Origin: an uncultured Clostridia bacterium
Lineage (GTDB): Bacteria; Bacillota; Clostridia; Tissierellales; DATGTQ01
Reading direction: 5' to 3'
Assembly (NCBI GenBank): GCA_964447805.1
Contig: CAYUTQ010000004.1
Location: 10,429-74,428 of the forward strand
DNA: 64,000 nucleotides
Shown one piece after another: positions 54,592 to 64,000 of the stretch. The notes under the pieces were generated by a model, which saw only the letters and a program-made list of their open reading frames with translations, made no database searches and was not told where the DNA came from. Each line of letters begins with the position of its first letter. Positions within the stretch are counted from its first letter, which is position 1. The position numbers were made by a program, and so were the translations under genes.

Positions 54592-55776
54592 ATGGTGAAG
54601 GTTAGAGGATATTTCAAAGATATAAAAGGGACCGATAGAATAATTAAGATGAGAAAGCAAAAAATTGCTGAAGCTCCAGCTACACCAATGACTTATGATC
54701 CAATAAAAGAACTTGCCAATGAACTACATCCTAGTGAGCTTAATTTAAAGATAGATAGTATAGTAGATGAAACTCCTAGTACAAAGACCTATAGATTTGT
54801 AAAAAATAATGGTCCAGATATTCCATATTTTCAAGCAGGACAATACATTAGTTTCAAGTTAAATATAGGAGATTCTTTTGTTACAAGGCCATATACCATA
54901 TCTTCAGCTCCATATGAAACCTTGGGCAATAATCCATATGTAGAGGTTACTATAAAGAAGAAACCAGGAGGACTTGTATCAGAGTATATCTTTAAAAATT
55001 GGAAGGTAGGCTCTGTAGTTACAGCTAAAATGCCACTAGGGCATTTTTACTATGAGCCACTAAGAGATGCAAAGAATGTAGTGGCATTGGCTGGAGGATC
55101 TGGAATAACACCTTTTAGATCCATGGCTAAAGAAATAGCAAATGGGAAATTGGATATGAATTTAACCATACTATATGGCAGCAGATTCAAAGATGACATT
55201 ATATTCTATGAAGAGTTAGAAAAATTGGCAAAGGAAAACAGCAAAAATATAAAAGTTGTAAATATATTAAGTGATGAAGAGGATTGGGATGGAGAAAAAG
55301 GGTTTATAAATGCAGAAATCATCAAAAAATATTCCGATCCTAAAAACACCACATATTATGTATGCGGACCAGGAGCTATGTACAAATTTATGGACATAGA
55401 AATAGCTAAACTCAATGTTCCAACAAAGAGGTATAGAAAAGAAGTATGTGGAGAGGATCCAAATATTTATCAAAGAGAAGATTTTCCTGAAAAAGCAAAG
55501 GGCAAGGTTTACAAGATAAAAGTAAATATAGGATGCGAAACCATTGAAATACCTGGAAATTCTAAAGAGACAGTATTAGTAGCTTTAGAAAGAGCTGGTA
55601 TTAAACATGACTCCAACTGTAGGTCTGGAGAATGTGGTTTTTGTAGAGCCAAACTTGAAAGTGGGAAAGTTTATATAAATAAAACCAATGATGGAAGAAG
55701 AAAAGCAGACATAAAATATGGATATTTCCATCCATGCTCTTCTTATCCTATATCGGATTTAGAGATAAGACTATAA
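54592..55776 (+). CDS. Ferredoxin-NAD(P)+ reductase-like flavoprotein with C-terminal plant-type 2Fe-2S domain
   Basis: FAD motif RPYTISS, NAD(P) motif GGSGITPF and the 2Fe-2S ligand pattern CRSGECGFC...C. Confidence 0.8.
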   Translation: MVKVRGYFKDIKGTDRIIKMRKQKIAEAPATPMTYDPIKELANELHPSELNLKIDSIVDETPSTKTYRFVKNNGPDIPYFQAGQYISFKLNIGDSFVTRPYTISSAPYETLGNNPYVEVTIKKKPGGLVSEYIFKNWKVGSVVTAKMPLGHFYYEPLRDAKNVVALAGGSGITPFRSMAKEIANGKLDMNLTILYGSRFKDDIIFYEELEKLAKENSKNIKVVNILSDEEDWDGEKGFINAEIIKKYSDPKNTTYYVCGPGAMYKFMDIEIAKLNVPTKRYRKEVCGEDPNIYQREDFPEKAKGKVYKIKVNIGCETIEIPGNSKETVLVALERAGIKHDSNCRSGECGFCRAKLESGKVYINKTNDGRRKADIKYGYFHPCSSYPISDLEIRL

Positions 55777-55928
55777 CCAACCATAGGGTGCTTTGCTAAA
55801 GGTCACACTCCGTGGTGGATTTTCACATATTATCTGAGACTGTAAAATATTTTGTGTGTAAGTTAAATAACAAAACTCCTTTTTGGTAAGAACTAATAAT
55901 AAAAATAAAACCAGAAAGGAGTTTTGTT

Positions 55929-56156
55929 ATGGCTACTATTGATAAAGAAATTTTAAGGGAAATGCTTAAAGAAAATAATCTTACAAATGTAAATGATTTG
56001 CATAACTATTTAAAAGATTTGTTTAATATAAGAGCTAAAAAATGCTATGAGAAGTGTGGAATTGAGGTAGAAGGAATTTTGAAAGATGAAATATTTAAAT
56101 ATGGAAAGTATTATGATGAAATAATAATGTCAGCTTTCAATAAATATGGGGAATAA
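55929..56156 (+). pseudogene. Chimeric leftover ORF (IS256-type transposase N-terminus joined to an acetyltransferase-like C-terminus)
   Basis: MATIDKEILREMLKENNLTNVNDLHNYLKDLF resembles the start of IS256-family transposases. GILKDEIFKYGKYYDEIIMS resembles the C-terminal strand region of GNAT enzymes. Only 75 aa in total. Confidence 0.3.
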
Positions 56157-56566
56157 AAACAGTATACTTAAATTATTTACATAGCCAAAGACGGTGAATG
56201 TAAGGATATTTAAATGACAAAAAACTTTTGGTAGGAAGGAACTTAAGAAATTAAGTTCTAATACTAAAACAAGAGTTTATTTTTTTGAATTCAGTACATT
56301 CATTGAAACAGGATAGCTTAAATTTAAATCATGGATGAAACATTGGTTTTCACTGTATTATGATAAACCAATTCTATGCAATATTTTGTATGGAAAGAAA
56401 AGAAATTTAGAGAAACCTAATATATAGATGAATTAAATCAAGAAGGTGATACTTCTTGAGTAGGTTTTGTAGAACAAAATGAGAAAAATAATTAAATTAT
56501 ATTGGACACTATTGACTTTTCATCCGTTATATAAGTGAAAGCACCAATCGAAGAGGTGGTATATTA

Positions 56567-57109
56567 GTGAATATTTATTTGGCTTATAAAAAATATAATA
56601 AAGATTTTATTGCATATGCAAAATCTATTAGTTTCAACAAACATCAAGCTTTTGATTTAGTACAAGAAGCTTATGTATCTGCTATAGAAAGAGAAGAAAT
56701 ATTCGATAATATGAATGAATATCAAATTAGGAGTTGGTTTTTTACAACAATAAAGAATGAGAATATTGATAATATAAGAAAACAAAGGAGATTAACTTAT
56801 TTTGAAAATGAAGGAACATTTGATATTTTTAATGAAATTGAAGATTTTGAAGAGGAGATAACTATAATAAATACAGGAAAGCTTATATTTGATGAAAAAC
56901 TTGACTATGAAAAATTTAATGAAAAGGTTAAATTTATAGTTAATTATGGAGTTATTGAGGTTCCTGAGGATAATATAGGCATAGTTAAAGATAAGGTAAG
57001 AGAAAATTATGGAAAGATTACAGTAGAAAAAAAAGTTGAAGATTTGGATATTGAAGATATTGAAAATGAAGATATACTTTATAGTAATATAGGAGAATTA
57101 GAGTTGTAA
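56567..57109 (+). CDS. Sigma-70 region-2-like protein lacking region 4, with an acidic C-terminal domain
   Basis: Residues about 10-75 (FIAYAKSISFNKHQAFDLVQEAYVSAIE....W.FTTIKNENIDNIRKQRR) follow the ECF sigma region 2 pattern. The remaining 100 aa are Glu/Asp-rich with no HTH. GTG start after GAGGTGG RBS. Confidence 0.5.
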   Translation: MNIYLAYKKYNKDFIAYAKSISFNKHQAFDLVQEAYVSAIEREEIFDNMNEYQIRSWFFTTIKNENIDNIRKQRRLTYFENEGTFDIFNEIEDFEEEITIINTGKLIFDEKLDYEKFNEKVKFIVNYGVIEVPEDNIGIVKDKVRENYGKITVEKKVEDLDIEDIENEDILYSNIGELEL

Positions 57110-57283
57110 AGGTATTTGGAAATTAAAAATGTTCACGTTGACAAAGTAAGTACCTTAAACAGTGAATCAAACTTAGTGTTCTTTAAAATATTATTTACTG
57201 CCTTTGATGTTATGCTAGGATAGAATATTTTTGGTGATATTGCAGATAGATGGTAAGAAATAACAATAAGTTACTGGTGTTTT

Positions 57284-57330
57284 CCCTGTGTTAATGTAGA
57301 TAATGCTACATTAGCACAGGGATTTTTTTT
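57284..57330 (+). terminator. Strong intrinsic terminator
   Basis: CCCTGTGTTAATGTAG-ATAATG-CTACATTAGCACAGGG (16-bp stem, one mismatch) followed by T8. Confidence 0.8.
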
Positions 57331-57526
57331 GTATTACAGAAGAAAGGAGCAAAAATATAAAAGGTAAAAGGTCTCCTGGGCCTCATTGAGAAAACAGGAA
57401 TATTAAGTTATAATAATATTGTCGGATATAGAATAAAAATGTAAAAAAATAGGAATGCTAATAATTTTTTAAAATTGAATCATAATAAATACATATGTAA
57501 AGTAGCAATATATGAGGAGGAAAAAG

Positions 57527-58141
57527 ATGGGGACTAGAAAATCAAATAGTTTACAATACAGTGCTGGTGCTGTAAGTAAGGGATTTTGGTTTCAAGAATT
57601 TAAAAAATATAATTATTTATTAAACAAAGGACTTAAAGATGCAGAAATAAAAAAAATGCAAGAAGAAGAAAATATATTATTAGCTCCATCAAAAGATTAT
57701 GGGAAGAAAATGATAAATGAAGTATCTAAACGGACCAAAGCATTACCTAAAGAAATATGTACTATGTTTGGTAGCTTACCAGTTTCAGATCAGAAAATAT
57801 TGAATATATTAGGAATAATGATGACAGATAGATTATTTTTTGAATACATGTATGAAGTATATAGAGAAAAAATTATAACAGGTAATTTAGAATTTGATAA
57901 TAGTGATACAAGAATATTTCTTAAAAACAAATCTGAACAAAGTGAAAAAGTTTCAAATTTCACATCACAGACTAAGAAAAGATTAGCAGGTGCCTATAAA
58001 ACATATCTAAAAGAAGCAAATCTTATCGTAGAAGAAAACAATTCATTAATAGTAAAAAAACCTATTTTGGATGTTAATTTAGAAGAAGAGATGAAAAATA
58101 AAAAATTATATCCTTATTTAAGAGTTTTTTTGGGGGAATAA
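57527..58141 (+). CDS. brxA: BREX protein BrxA (DUF1819)
   Basis: ATG after GAGGAGG RBS. About 204 aa, first gene of a brxA-brxB-brxC-pglX order. The N-terminal YSAG....G motif is typical of DUF1819. Confidence 0.7.
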   Translation: MGTRKSNSLQYSAGAVSKGFWFQEFKKYNYLLNKGLKDAEIKKMQEEENILLAPSKDYGKKMINEVSKRTKALPKEICTMFGSLPVSDQKILNILGIMMTDRLFFEYMYEVYREKIITGNLEFDNSDTRIFLKNKSEQSEKVSNFTSQTKKRLAGAYKTYLKEANLIVEENNSLIVKKPILDVNLEEEMKNKKLYPYLRVFLGE

Positions 58142-58142
58142 T

Positions 58143-58721
58143 ATGAAGACATTAGATGAGAAATTAAGAGAAATTGAAAAAGTAATAAGTGATGAAAATT
58201 TTATAAAAAATAAAGGTCTAAGTAATGAAGTAGGCTATTATATTTTTGATTATCCAGCTGAAGAGGAACTAAAAGTAAGGAACTACCTGGAAGGTTTAAA
58301 GAAAAAAAATGAAGAAAAGCCTCAAGGGTATGAATTAAAAATATATGATTTATATGATATTATGATTGATTTAATAGAAGAAGAGGGCTTGTTGGAAAGT
58401 TGTATAGAAATGGAAGAAGTTGATGGCATGGATTACTTAATAAGCTCTGTATATGATTTGCTTAGAATGGATTATGATGATAACTATTTTAATACTTATA
58501 TAGAAGAAAATACACCTGATAATTCAGTTGTATTTATTACAGGAGTAGGGAAAATTTATCCCTTTTTAAGATCTCATGGAATTTTAAATAAACTTCTTCT
58601 AGTATTTGATAAGGCTCCAGTAGTACTCTTTTATCCAGGAAAATATGATGGCCAAAGTTTAATGTTATTTTCGGAATTTAAAGATGAAAATTACTATAGA
58701 GCATTTCCACTTATAAGATAG
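58143..58721 (+). CDS. brxB: BREX protein BrxB (DUF1788)
   Basis: 192 aa. The GYYIFDYPAEEELKVR motif matches the conserved DUF1788 N-terminal block. Confidence 0.7.
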   Translation: MKTLDEKLREIEKVISDENFIKNKGLSNEVGYYIFDYPAEEELKVRNYLEGLKKKNEEKPQGYELKIYDLYDIMIDLIEEEGLLESCIEMEEVDGMDYLISSVYDLLRMDYDDNYFNTYIEENTPDNSVVFITGVGKIYPFLRSHGILNKLLLVFDKAPVVLFYPGKYDGQSLMLFSEFKDENYYRAFPLIR

Positions 58722-58734
58722 GGGGTATAAGAAT

Positions 58735-61700
58735 ATGAAGATAAAAGATATGTTTGAAAAACCAATTAATAGAGATATACAAGGTGTTATTAAAGTAGGA
58801 CAAGCTAATGAAGAAAATATCAAACAAGAATTAGAAGAATATGTAGTAACTAGAGAATTACAAAAGCATTTTAGAGATTTTTTTAGTAATTATAAAAAAG
58901 GAATAGTAGGTAATACGGACAAAATGGGAGTTTGGATATCTGGCTTTTTTGGTAGTGGTAAATCACATTTCTTAAAGATACTATCATATTTATTAGAAAA
59001 TCGTGAAGTAGAAGGCAAAAAAGCACTTGATTATTTTTTAGATGACGAAAAGATAAAAGATCCTATGGTAGTGGCAGATATGAAACTTGCATGCAATACT
59101 CCTACAGATGTTATTTTATTTAATATAGATTCTAAAAGTAAATCTGCAGGAACTAAAGGAAAAGATAGCATATTAAATGTATTTTTAAGAGTGTTTAATG
59201 AAATGCAAGGGTTTAGTACAGATCTTCATTTAGCAGATTTAGAAAGGCAATTAACAGAAGATGGAATATATGAGGATTTTAAAAATAGATATGAAGAAAT
59301 CCACAATTTAAATTGGATAGAAAATCGTCATAAATTTAAATTTCACAAAGATAAAGTAGTAAAGATTTTAGCAGATATAGATTTTATGAGCGAAGAGTCA
59401 GCAAGAGATTGGAGTAGAAGCACAACAATACCTTATGAGATAAGTATAGAAAGATTTTCACAACTAGTGAAAGAATACTTAGATAGCAAAGGTGAAAATC
59501 ATCATATAGTATTTTTAGTAGACGAGATGGGACAGTATATAGGTGAAAACACTGACTTAATGCTCAATTTACAAACTATAACAGAAGATTTAGGAACAGC
59601 TTGTCATGGGAAAGCATGGATTGTAGTAACAAGTCAGCAAGACATAGATGCTATAACAGAAGTAAAAGGAAGAGATTTTTCAAAAATTCAAGGTAGATTT
59701 GATACAAGACTCAATCTAACATCTGCTAATGTTGATGAAGTGATTAAGCTTCGTATATTAGAAAAAACAGAGACAGCTAATGAAACTTTAGGTGTTTTGT
59801 ATGAAAATAATGAAACTATAATTAAAAATTTAATTATATTCAATGATGGTATAGAGAAAAAACTTTATGAGAACAAAGAGGATTTTTGTGAAGTATATCC
59901 CTTTATACCATATCAATTTAATTTACTTGGTAGTGTACTTACATCTATAAGACAGCATGGAGCCAGTGGCAAACATCTTTCAGAAGGAGAACGTTCCATG
60001 TTAGCTCTTTTTAAAGAAAGTGCAGAAAAAATAATGGATAAAGAAGATGGAGAAATAGTTCCATTTAATATATTCTATGATGGATTGGACAAATTTTTAG
60101 ATCATAGTCATTCAGCAGTAATAACTAATGCCTTAGGAAATAAGTATATAAATCCAAGTAGAGAAGAGGATAATTTCAATGTAAATGTATTGAAGACCTT
60201 GTTTTTAATTAAATATGTAAAAGAGATAAAAGCTAATTTGGAAAATATCACTACTCTTATGGTATCAAATATACATGAAGATAGAATTGAACTTAAAGAT
60301 AAGGTAGAAAAAGCATTGAATATTTTAGTTGGACAAACATTAGTACAAAAAAATGGAGATTTGTATATATTTTTAACTAATGAAGAACAAGAAATAAATA
60401 GGGAAATTGAGAGACAACATATTGAAACTCAAGCTATTACAAAGAAAATATCAGAAAATATATATGCAGGAATTCTTTCAGAAGATAGAGTTAGATACAA
60501 TAAGTTTGGTAAAGGGTATAATTTTGGATTTAATAGATTTGTAGATGGAGAACCATATAGGTTTAGTCAATCTTTTGACATAGGAATAGATATAATAACT
60601 CCTAACTCAGAGAAAAATGGAATAGAAAGTACTCTAAGGATGAATAGTCAAAGAGAAAATAAAATTTATGTGGATTTACCAAATGACAAGGCTTTTATAG
60701 ATGAAATTAAAACGGAGATGAAGATAGAAAAATATATACAAGTGTCTAATTCGAGCAATATACCAAAGCTGGAAGAGATAAAGGCTTTAAAGCGTGTAGA
60801 AATGAAAGAGCATCGAGATAGAGGAAAACTATTTTTAGAAGAAGCTTTAAAAGAAGCAGACTTTTATTTGAATGGAGATAAACTGAAACTTAAGAGTAAG
60901 GATTTTAAATTTAACGTACAGGAAAGTTTAGAAAAATTAATAGAAATTGTATATCATAAATTAGATTATATAGACACTCCTATGGATGAATCGGATATTA
61001 GGAAATTATTTAAAAATAGGGATGGTAAAAACATACAATTAGGTGTTTTTGAAACTCCTAATGTCAATGCAATAAGAGAAGTATTAGACTATATAAAACT
61101 GAGAACTAAAAATCATAGTAAAATATCCCTTAAAGAAATAAAAGATAGATTTTTAAAAGCACCTTATGGCTTTTTAGATGTAGATATAGAATGGATAATA
61201 GCAAAAATATTTTTAGATGGAAATATAAGTTTTACTCTATATGGAGAAACTGTATCTTTATTAAATGAAACAGAGGATAAAATAATAAATTATATAACTA
61301 AGAAACAGTATATGGAAAAATTATTAATAGAAGAAAAAGAAGTAGTAGCTCCAAAGTATATAAAAAGTTTGAAGAATATATATACTGTACTATTTGGTGG
61401 AGAAATACAATCGGAAGATACAGATATGATGGTAAAAATATTTAATGAAAAGGCTGGAAATCTTATAAGTGAATTAAACACATTAAAAGAAAATTATAAC
61501 AGAGGCAAGTATCCTGGAAAAATAGTAATAGAAGAAGGAATTAATCTAATTAATAAAACAAGAGGTATGTCAGATTCTATAGATGTATTTAAATATCTAA
61601 ATAAAAATGAAGATTGTTATTTAGATTTTGAAGAAGACTATCAACCAATAAAATCTTTCTTTAAAGGGGAACAAAAAAGTATATGGGGAAAAACCCAACA

Positions 61701-62313
61701 TTATATATCCATATATGATGAAAGCAAGTCTTATATAGTAAATGAAGAAATAGAAGAAATTATAGAAAATATGAAAAATATAATATCTATGTCCAATCCT
61801 TATAATAAAATAAAAGATTTGCCAGAATTAAATAGTAGATTTTTGAATTTATATAATGATATTTTAGATAAGGAGTTAAAACCTGTCAAAGTAGAAATTA
61901 GACAAGTAGAAGATAGAATTGTGGAAGAATTAGAAAAAACAGGTTTAGAAGATAAATTTGGATATAAGTATAGAAATAGTTTTAGTAATCTTATTAAAAG
62001 AGCTGAATCATGTAATAATGTTGCAAAGGTAAATGGTTTTAAAATAGAAGCAGAAACTTTAAAAGAGAGATATTTAAAAGAAATATCCAAGGAAGTTGAC
62101 GAAGTAGGGCCACCTAAATCTGATGACGGGGAAAATGAAGGAGGAGTAAAGCCGCCAGTTGTAAGACGTAAATATATTAGTATAAAAGATGTTAATCCAT
62201 CAAATTCATGGAGCATAGAGAATGAGGAAGATTTAAATAGATATTTAAAAGATTTAAAAGAGAGACTGGAAAAAGAATTAGAAGAAAACACCATTTTGAA
62301 TATTGAGTTTTAG
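58735..62313 (+). CDS. brxC: BREX ATPase BrxC/PglY
   Basis: 1192 aa. The P-loop context GFFGSGKSHFLKILSYLL and Walker B VFLVDEMGQY match the size and motifs of BrxC. Confidence 0.85.
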   Translation: MKIKDMFEKPINRDIQGVIKVGQANEENIKQELEEYVVTRELQKHFRDFFSNYKKGIVGNTDKMGVWISGFFGSGKSHFLKILSYLLENREVEGKKALDYFLDDEKIKDPMVVADMKLACNTPTDVILFNIDSKSKSAGTKGKDSILNVFLRVFNEMQGFSTDLHLADLERQLTEDGIYEDFKNRYEEIHNLNWIENRHKFKFHKDKVVKILADIDFMSEESARDWSRSTTIPYEISIERFSQLVKEYLDSKGENHHIVFLVDEMGQYIGENTDLMLNLQTITEDLGTACHGKAWIVVTSQQDIDAITEVKGRDFSKIQGRFDTRLNLTSANVDEVIKLRILEKTETANETLGVLYENNETIIKNLIIFNDGIEKKLYENKEDFCEVYPFIPYQFNLLGSVLTSIRQHGASGKHLSEGERSMLALFKESAEKIMDKEDGEIVPFNIFYDGLDKFLDHSHSAVITNALGNKYINPSREEDNFNVNVLKTLFLIKYVKEIKANLENITTLMVSNIHEDRIELKDKVEKALNILVGQTLVQKNGDLYIFLTNEEQEINREIERQHIETQAITKKISENIYAGILSEDRVRYNKFGKGYNFGFNRFVDGEPYRFSQSFDIGIDIITPNSEKNGIESTLRMNSQRENKIYVDLPNDKAFIDEIKTEMKIEKYIQVSNSSNIPKLEEIKALKRVEMKEHRDRGKLFLEEALKEADFYLNGDKLKLKSKDFKFNVQESLEKLIEIVYHKLDYIDTPMDESDIRKLFKNRDGKNIQLGVFETPNVNAIREVLDYIKLRTKNHSKISLKEIKDRFLKAPYGFLDVDIEWIIAKIFLDGNISFTLYGETVSLLNETEDKIINYITKKQYMEKLLIEEKEVVAPKYIKSLKNIYTVLFGGEIQSEDTDMMVKIFNEKAGNLISELNTLKENYNRGKYPGKIVIEEGINLINKTRGMSDSIDVFKYLNKNEDCYLDFEEDYQPIKSFFKGEQKSIWGKTQHYISIYDESKSYIVNEEIEEIIENMKNIISMSNPYNKIKDLPELNSRFLNLYNDILDKELKPVKVEIRQVEDRIVEELEKTGLEDKFGYKYRNSFSNLIKRAESCNNVAKVNGFKIEAETLKERYLKEISKEVDEVGPPKSDDGENEGGVKPPVVRRKYISIKDVNPSNSWSIENEEDLNRYLKDLKERLEKELEENTILNIEF

Positions 62314-62323
62314 GAGGCTAACA

Positions 62324-64000
62324 ATGGATAAGACAGCACTTAAAAATTTTGCTATATATTCAAGAGAAAAACTCATAAAAGATATAAAAAATAAAGCTAT
62401 ATTGATAGGTATAACAGAAAAAGGTATAAATACTCCTCTTCCTGAATCTACTGAAGATATGAAAGCTTTTGATATAGGAGAGGTAGAAACTTATAAAATA
62501 TATGGAGAAGATGTAAGAAAGTATGAAAAATTAGTAAAAGAATTAAAAAAAAGAGAAGAAGAATCAGATTATAAAACAGCATACAAAACATTAGTAGAAG
62601 AGGTAGCCTATACTTGGTTCAATAGAATAATTGCCATAAGATTTATGGAAGTAAATAATTATATGCCAGATAAAATGAGAGTATTATCTTCAGGAAAAGA
62701 AGGAGTGCGAGAACCAGAATTTGTAACTTATTATAGAGAAACAGATATAGGAATAACAGAAGAAGAATTTGAAAAATTAGACAAACTAAAACTAGATGGT
62801 AGTACAAAAGTAATGGAAGAATTATTCCAATTTATGTTTATAAAACAATGCAATGCCTTAAATAAAAACCTACCAGAACTATTTGAAAAGACAGATGACT
62901 ATGCAGAACTACTTCTAAATATATCTTATACTGATCCAGAAGGAGTAGTATATAAATTAATAGAAGATATAGGAGAAGAACCATTTGATATAGAGGAAAC
63001 TGGGCAGATAGAGATAATAGGGTGGTTGTATCAATATTATAATGAAGTACCTAGAGATAGAGTTATAAATATATATAAAGGAAATGTCAAAAAAGAAGAT
63101 ATACCAGCAGCTACACAATTATTTACAACTCAATGGGTCGTAAAGTATATGGTAGAAAACTCTTTAGGCAAATATTGGCTTGAGAGAAATCCAGGTAGTA
63201 AAATAAGAAAAAATATGAAATATTTAATGTCAGGAGAGATAGGACATGTAGATGAAAAAGTTTCTCCAGAAGATATAAAGGTTTTTGACAATGCAATGGG
63301 AAGTGGACATATTCTTATATATGTTTTTGAAATATTGATGCAAATATATTTAGAAGAAGGATATATGGAAAGAGATGCAGCAGAGAGTATAATAGAAAAT
63401 AATTTATATGGTTTAGATGTAGATAGGAGAGCATACCAATTAGCATATTTTGCTTTAATGATGAAAGGCAGACAATATAGTAGAAGAATATTAAATAAAA
63501 ATATAAAAAATAACCTTAGAGTATTTGAAGACAGTATAGATATAGATGAAGACCATTTAGATTATATGGGCATATCTATGGCTGAAAATGATAAAAAGAA
63601 AGCTATGAAAGATATGGAATATTTAATAAAAGAATTTGATAATGCTAAAGAAATAGGTTCCACACTAAAACTTGAAGAAGTAGATATAGAGCTTCTAAGA
63701 AAGTTCGTAGAAGATACAGAAGTTGAAGGACAAATTACTTTTGATGAGACAAATATAGAAAAAACAAAGGAAAAATTAAGTCATATATTGGATATATCAG
63801 AAATGCTTAATAGTAAGTATGACATAATGATAACTAATCCACCTTATTTAAATAAGATGTCTAGTAAACTCAAAAAATATGTTGGGGATAATTATCCAGA
63901 TTATAAGAGAGATTTATTTTCAGTATTTATATACAATAATGTGGAGATGTGTAAACCAGGTGGATATTCTGCATATATGACACCATTTGTATGGATGTTT
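62324..64000 (+). CDS. pglX: BREX adenine-specific DNA methyltransferase PglX (partial, continues beyond the window)
   Basis: ATG after AGGAGG RBS. The frame is open to the window end. It has the N-terminal PglX block (AYTWFNRIIAIRFME), SAM motif DNAMGSGHIL and catalytic ITNPPY at about 63833-63850. It is absent from the ORF track because no stop lies in the window. Confidence 0.85.
   Translation, partial: MDKTALKNFAIYSREKLIKDIKNKAILIGITEKGINTPLPESTEDMKAFDIGEVETYKIYGEDVRKYEKLVKELKKREEESDYKTAYKTLVEEVAYTWFNRIIAIRFMEVNNYMPDKMRVLSSGKEGVREPEFVTYYRETDIGITEEEFEKLDKLKLDGSTKVMEELFQFMFIKQCNALNKNLPELFEKTDDYAELLLNISYTDPEGVVYKLIEDIGEEPFDIEETGQIEIIGWLYQYYNEVPRDRVINIYKGNVKKEDIPAATQLFTTQWVVKYMVENSLGKYWLERNPGSKIRKNMKYLMSGEIGHVDEKVSPEDIKVFDNAMGSGHILIYVFEILMQIYLEEGYMERDAAESIIENNLYGLDVDRRAYQLAYFALMMKGRQYSRRILNKNIKNNLRVFEDSIDIDEDHLDYMGISMAENDKKKAMKDMEYLIKEFDNAKEIGSTLKLEEVDIELLRKFVEDTEVEGQITFDETNIEKTKEKLSHILDISEMLNSKYDIMITNPPYLNKMSSKLKKYVGDNYPDYKRDLFSVFIYNNVEMCKPGGYSAYMTPFVWMF

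Overview
This is a low-GC, Clostridia-type chromosomal segment; the taxon is inferred only from composition and gene content. Reading left to right:

- **1-395:** an IS-transposase remnant.
- **725-3933:** a CvfB-like S1 protein and a PD-(D/E)XK-nuclease/XPD-DinG helicase fusion.
- **4311-23182:** a complete type I-B (Tneap/Cas8b) CRISPR-Cas locus, cas6-cas8b-cas7-cas5-cas3-cas4-cas1-cas2. It ends in a very large array: I counted 155 conserved 30-bp repeats plus one decayed terminal copy, about 10.3 kb.
- **23350-25197:** an orphan 615-aa coiled-coil protein.
- **25300-33512:** a cobalamin-riboswitch-led corrinoid/cobalt transport operon (btuCD-like, ABC-2 pair, btuF-like, cbiMNQO, a hemA remnant, cbiK).
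- **33625-34983:** rlmD/rumA.
- **34984-47200:** an IS-littered island carrying a three-radical-SAM RiPP-like cluster with an ABC exporter.
- **47227-49091:** cspA and dapB.
- **49686-55776:** a five-gene Fe-S/flavoenzyme operon of unknown substrate.
- **57527-64000:** the 5' half of a type 1 BREX system (brxA-brxB-brxC-pglX, running off the window).

The two observations most worth following up are these. First, a divergent, degenerate mini-CRISPR sits just upstream of cas6. Its spacer seed (11 nt) matches the putative cas promoter next to a CCA PAM, which makes it a CreR/CreA-like autoregulatory RNA candidate. Second, the RiPP cluster's RBS-linked precursor ORF is split at an A_AAA_AAC heptamer, in front of a Cys-His-Cys C-terminal core.
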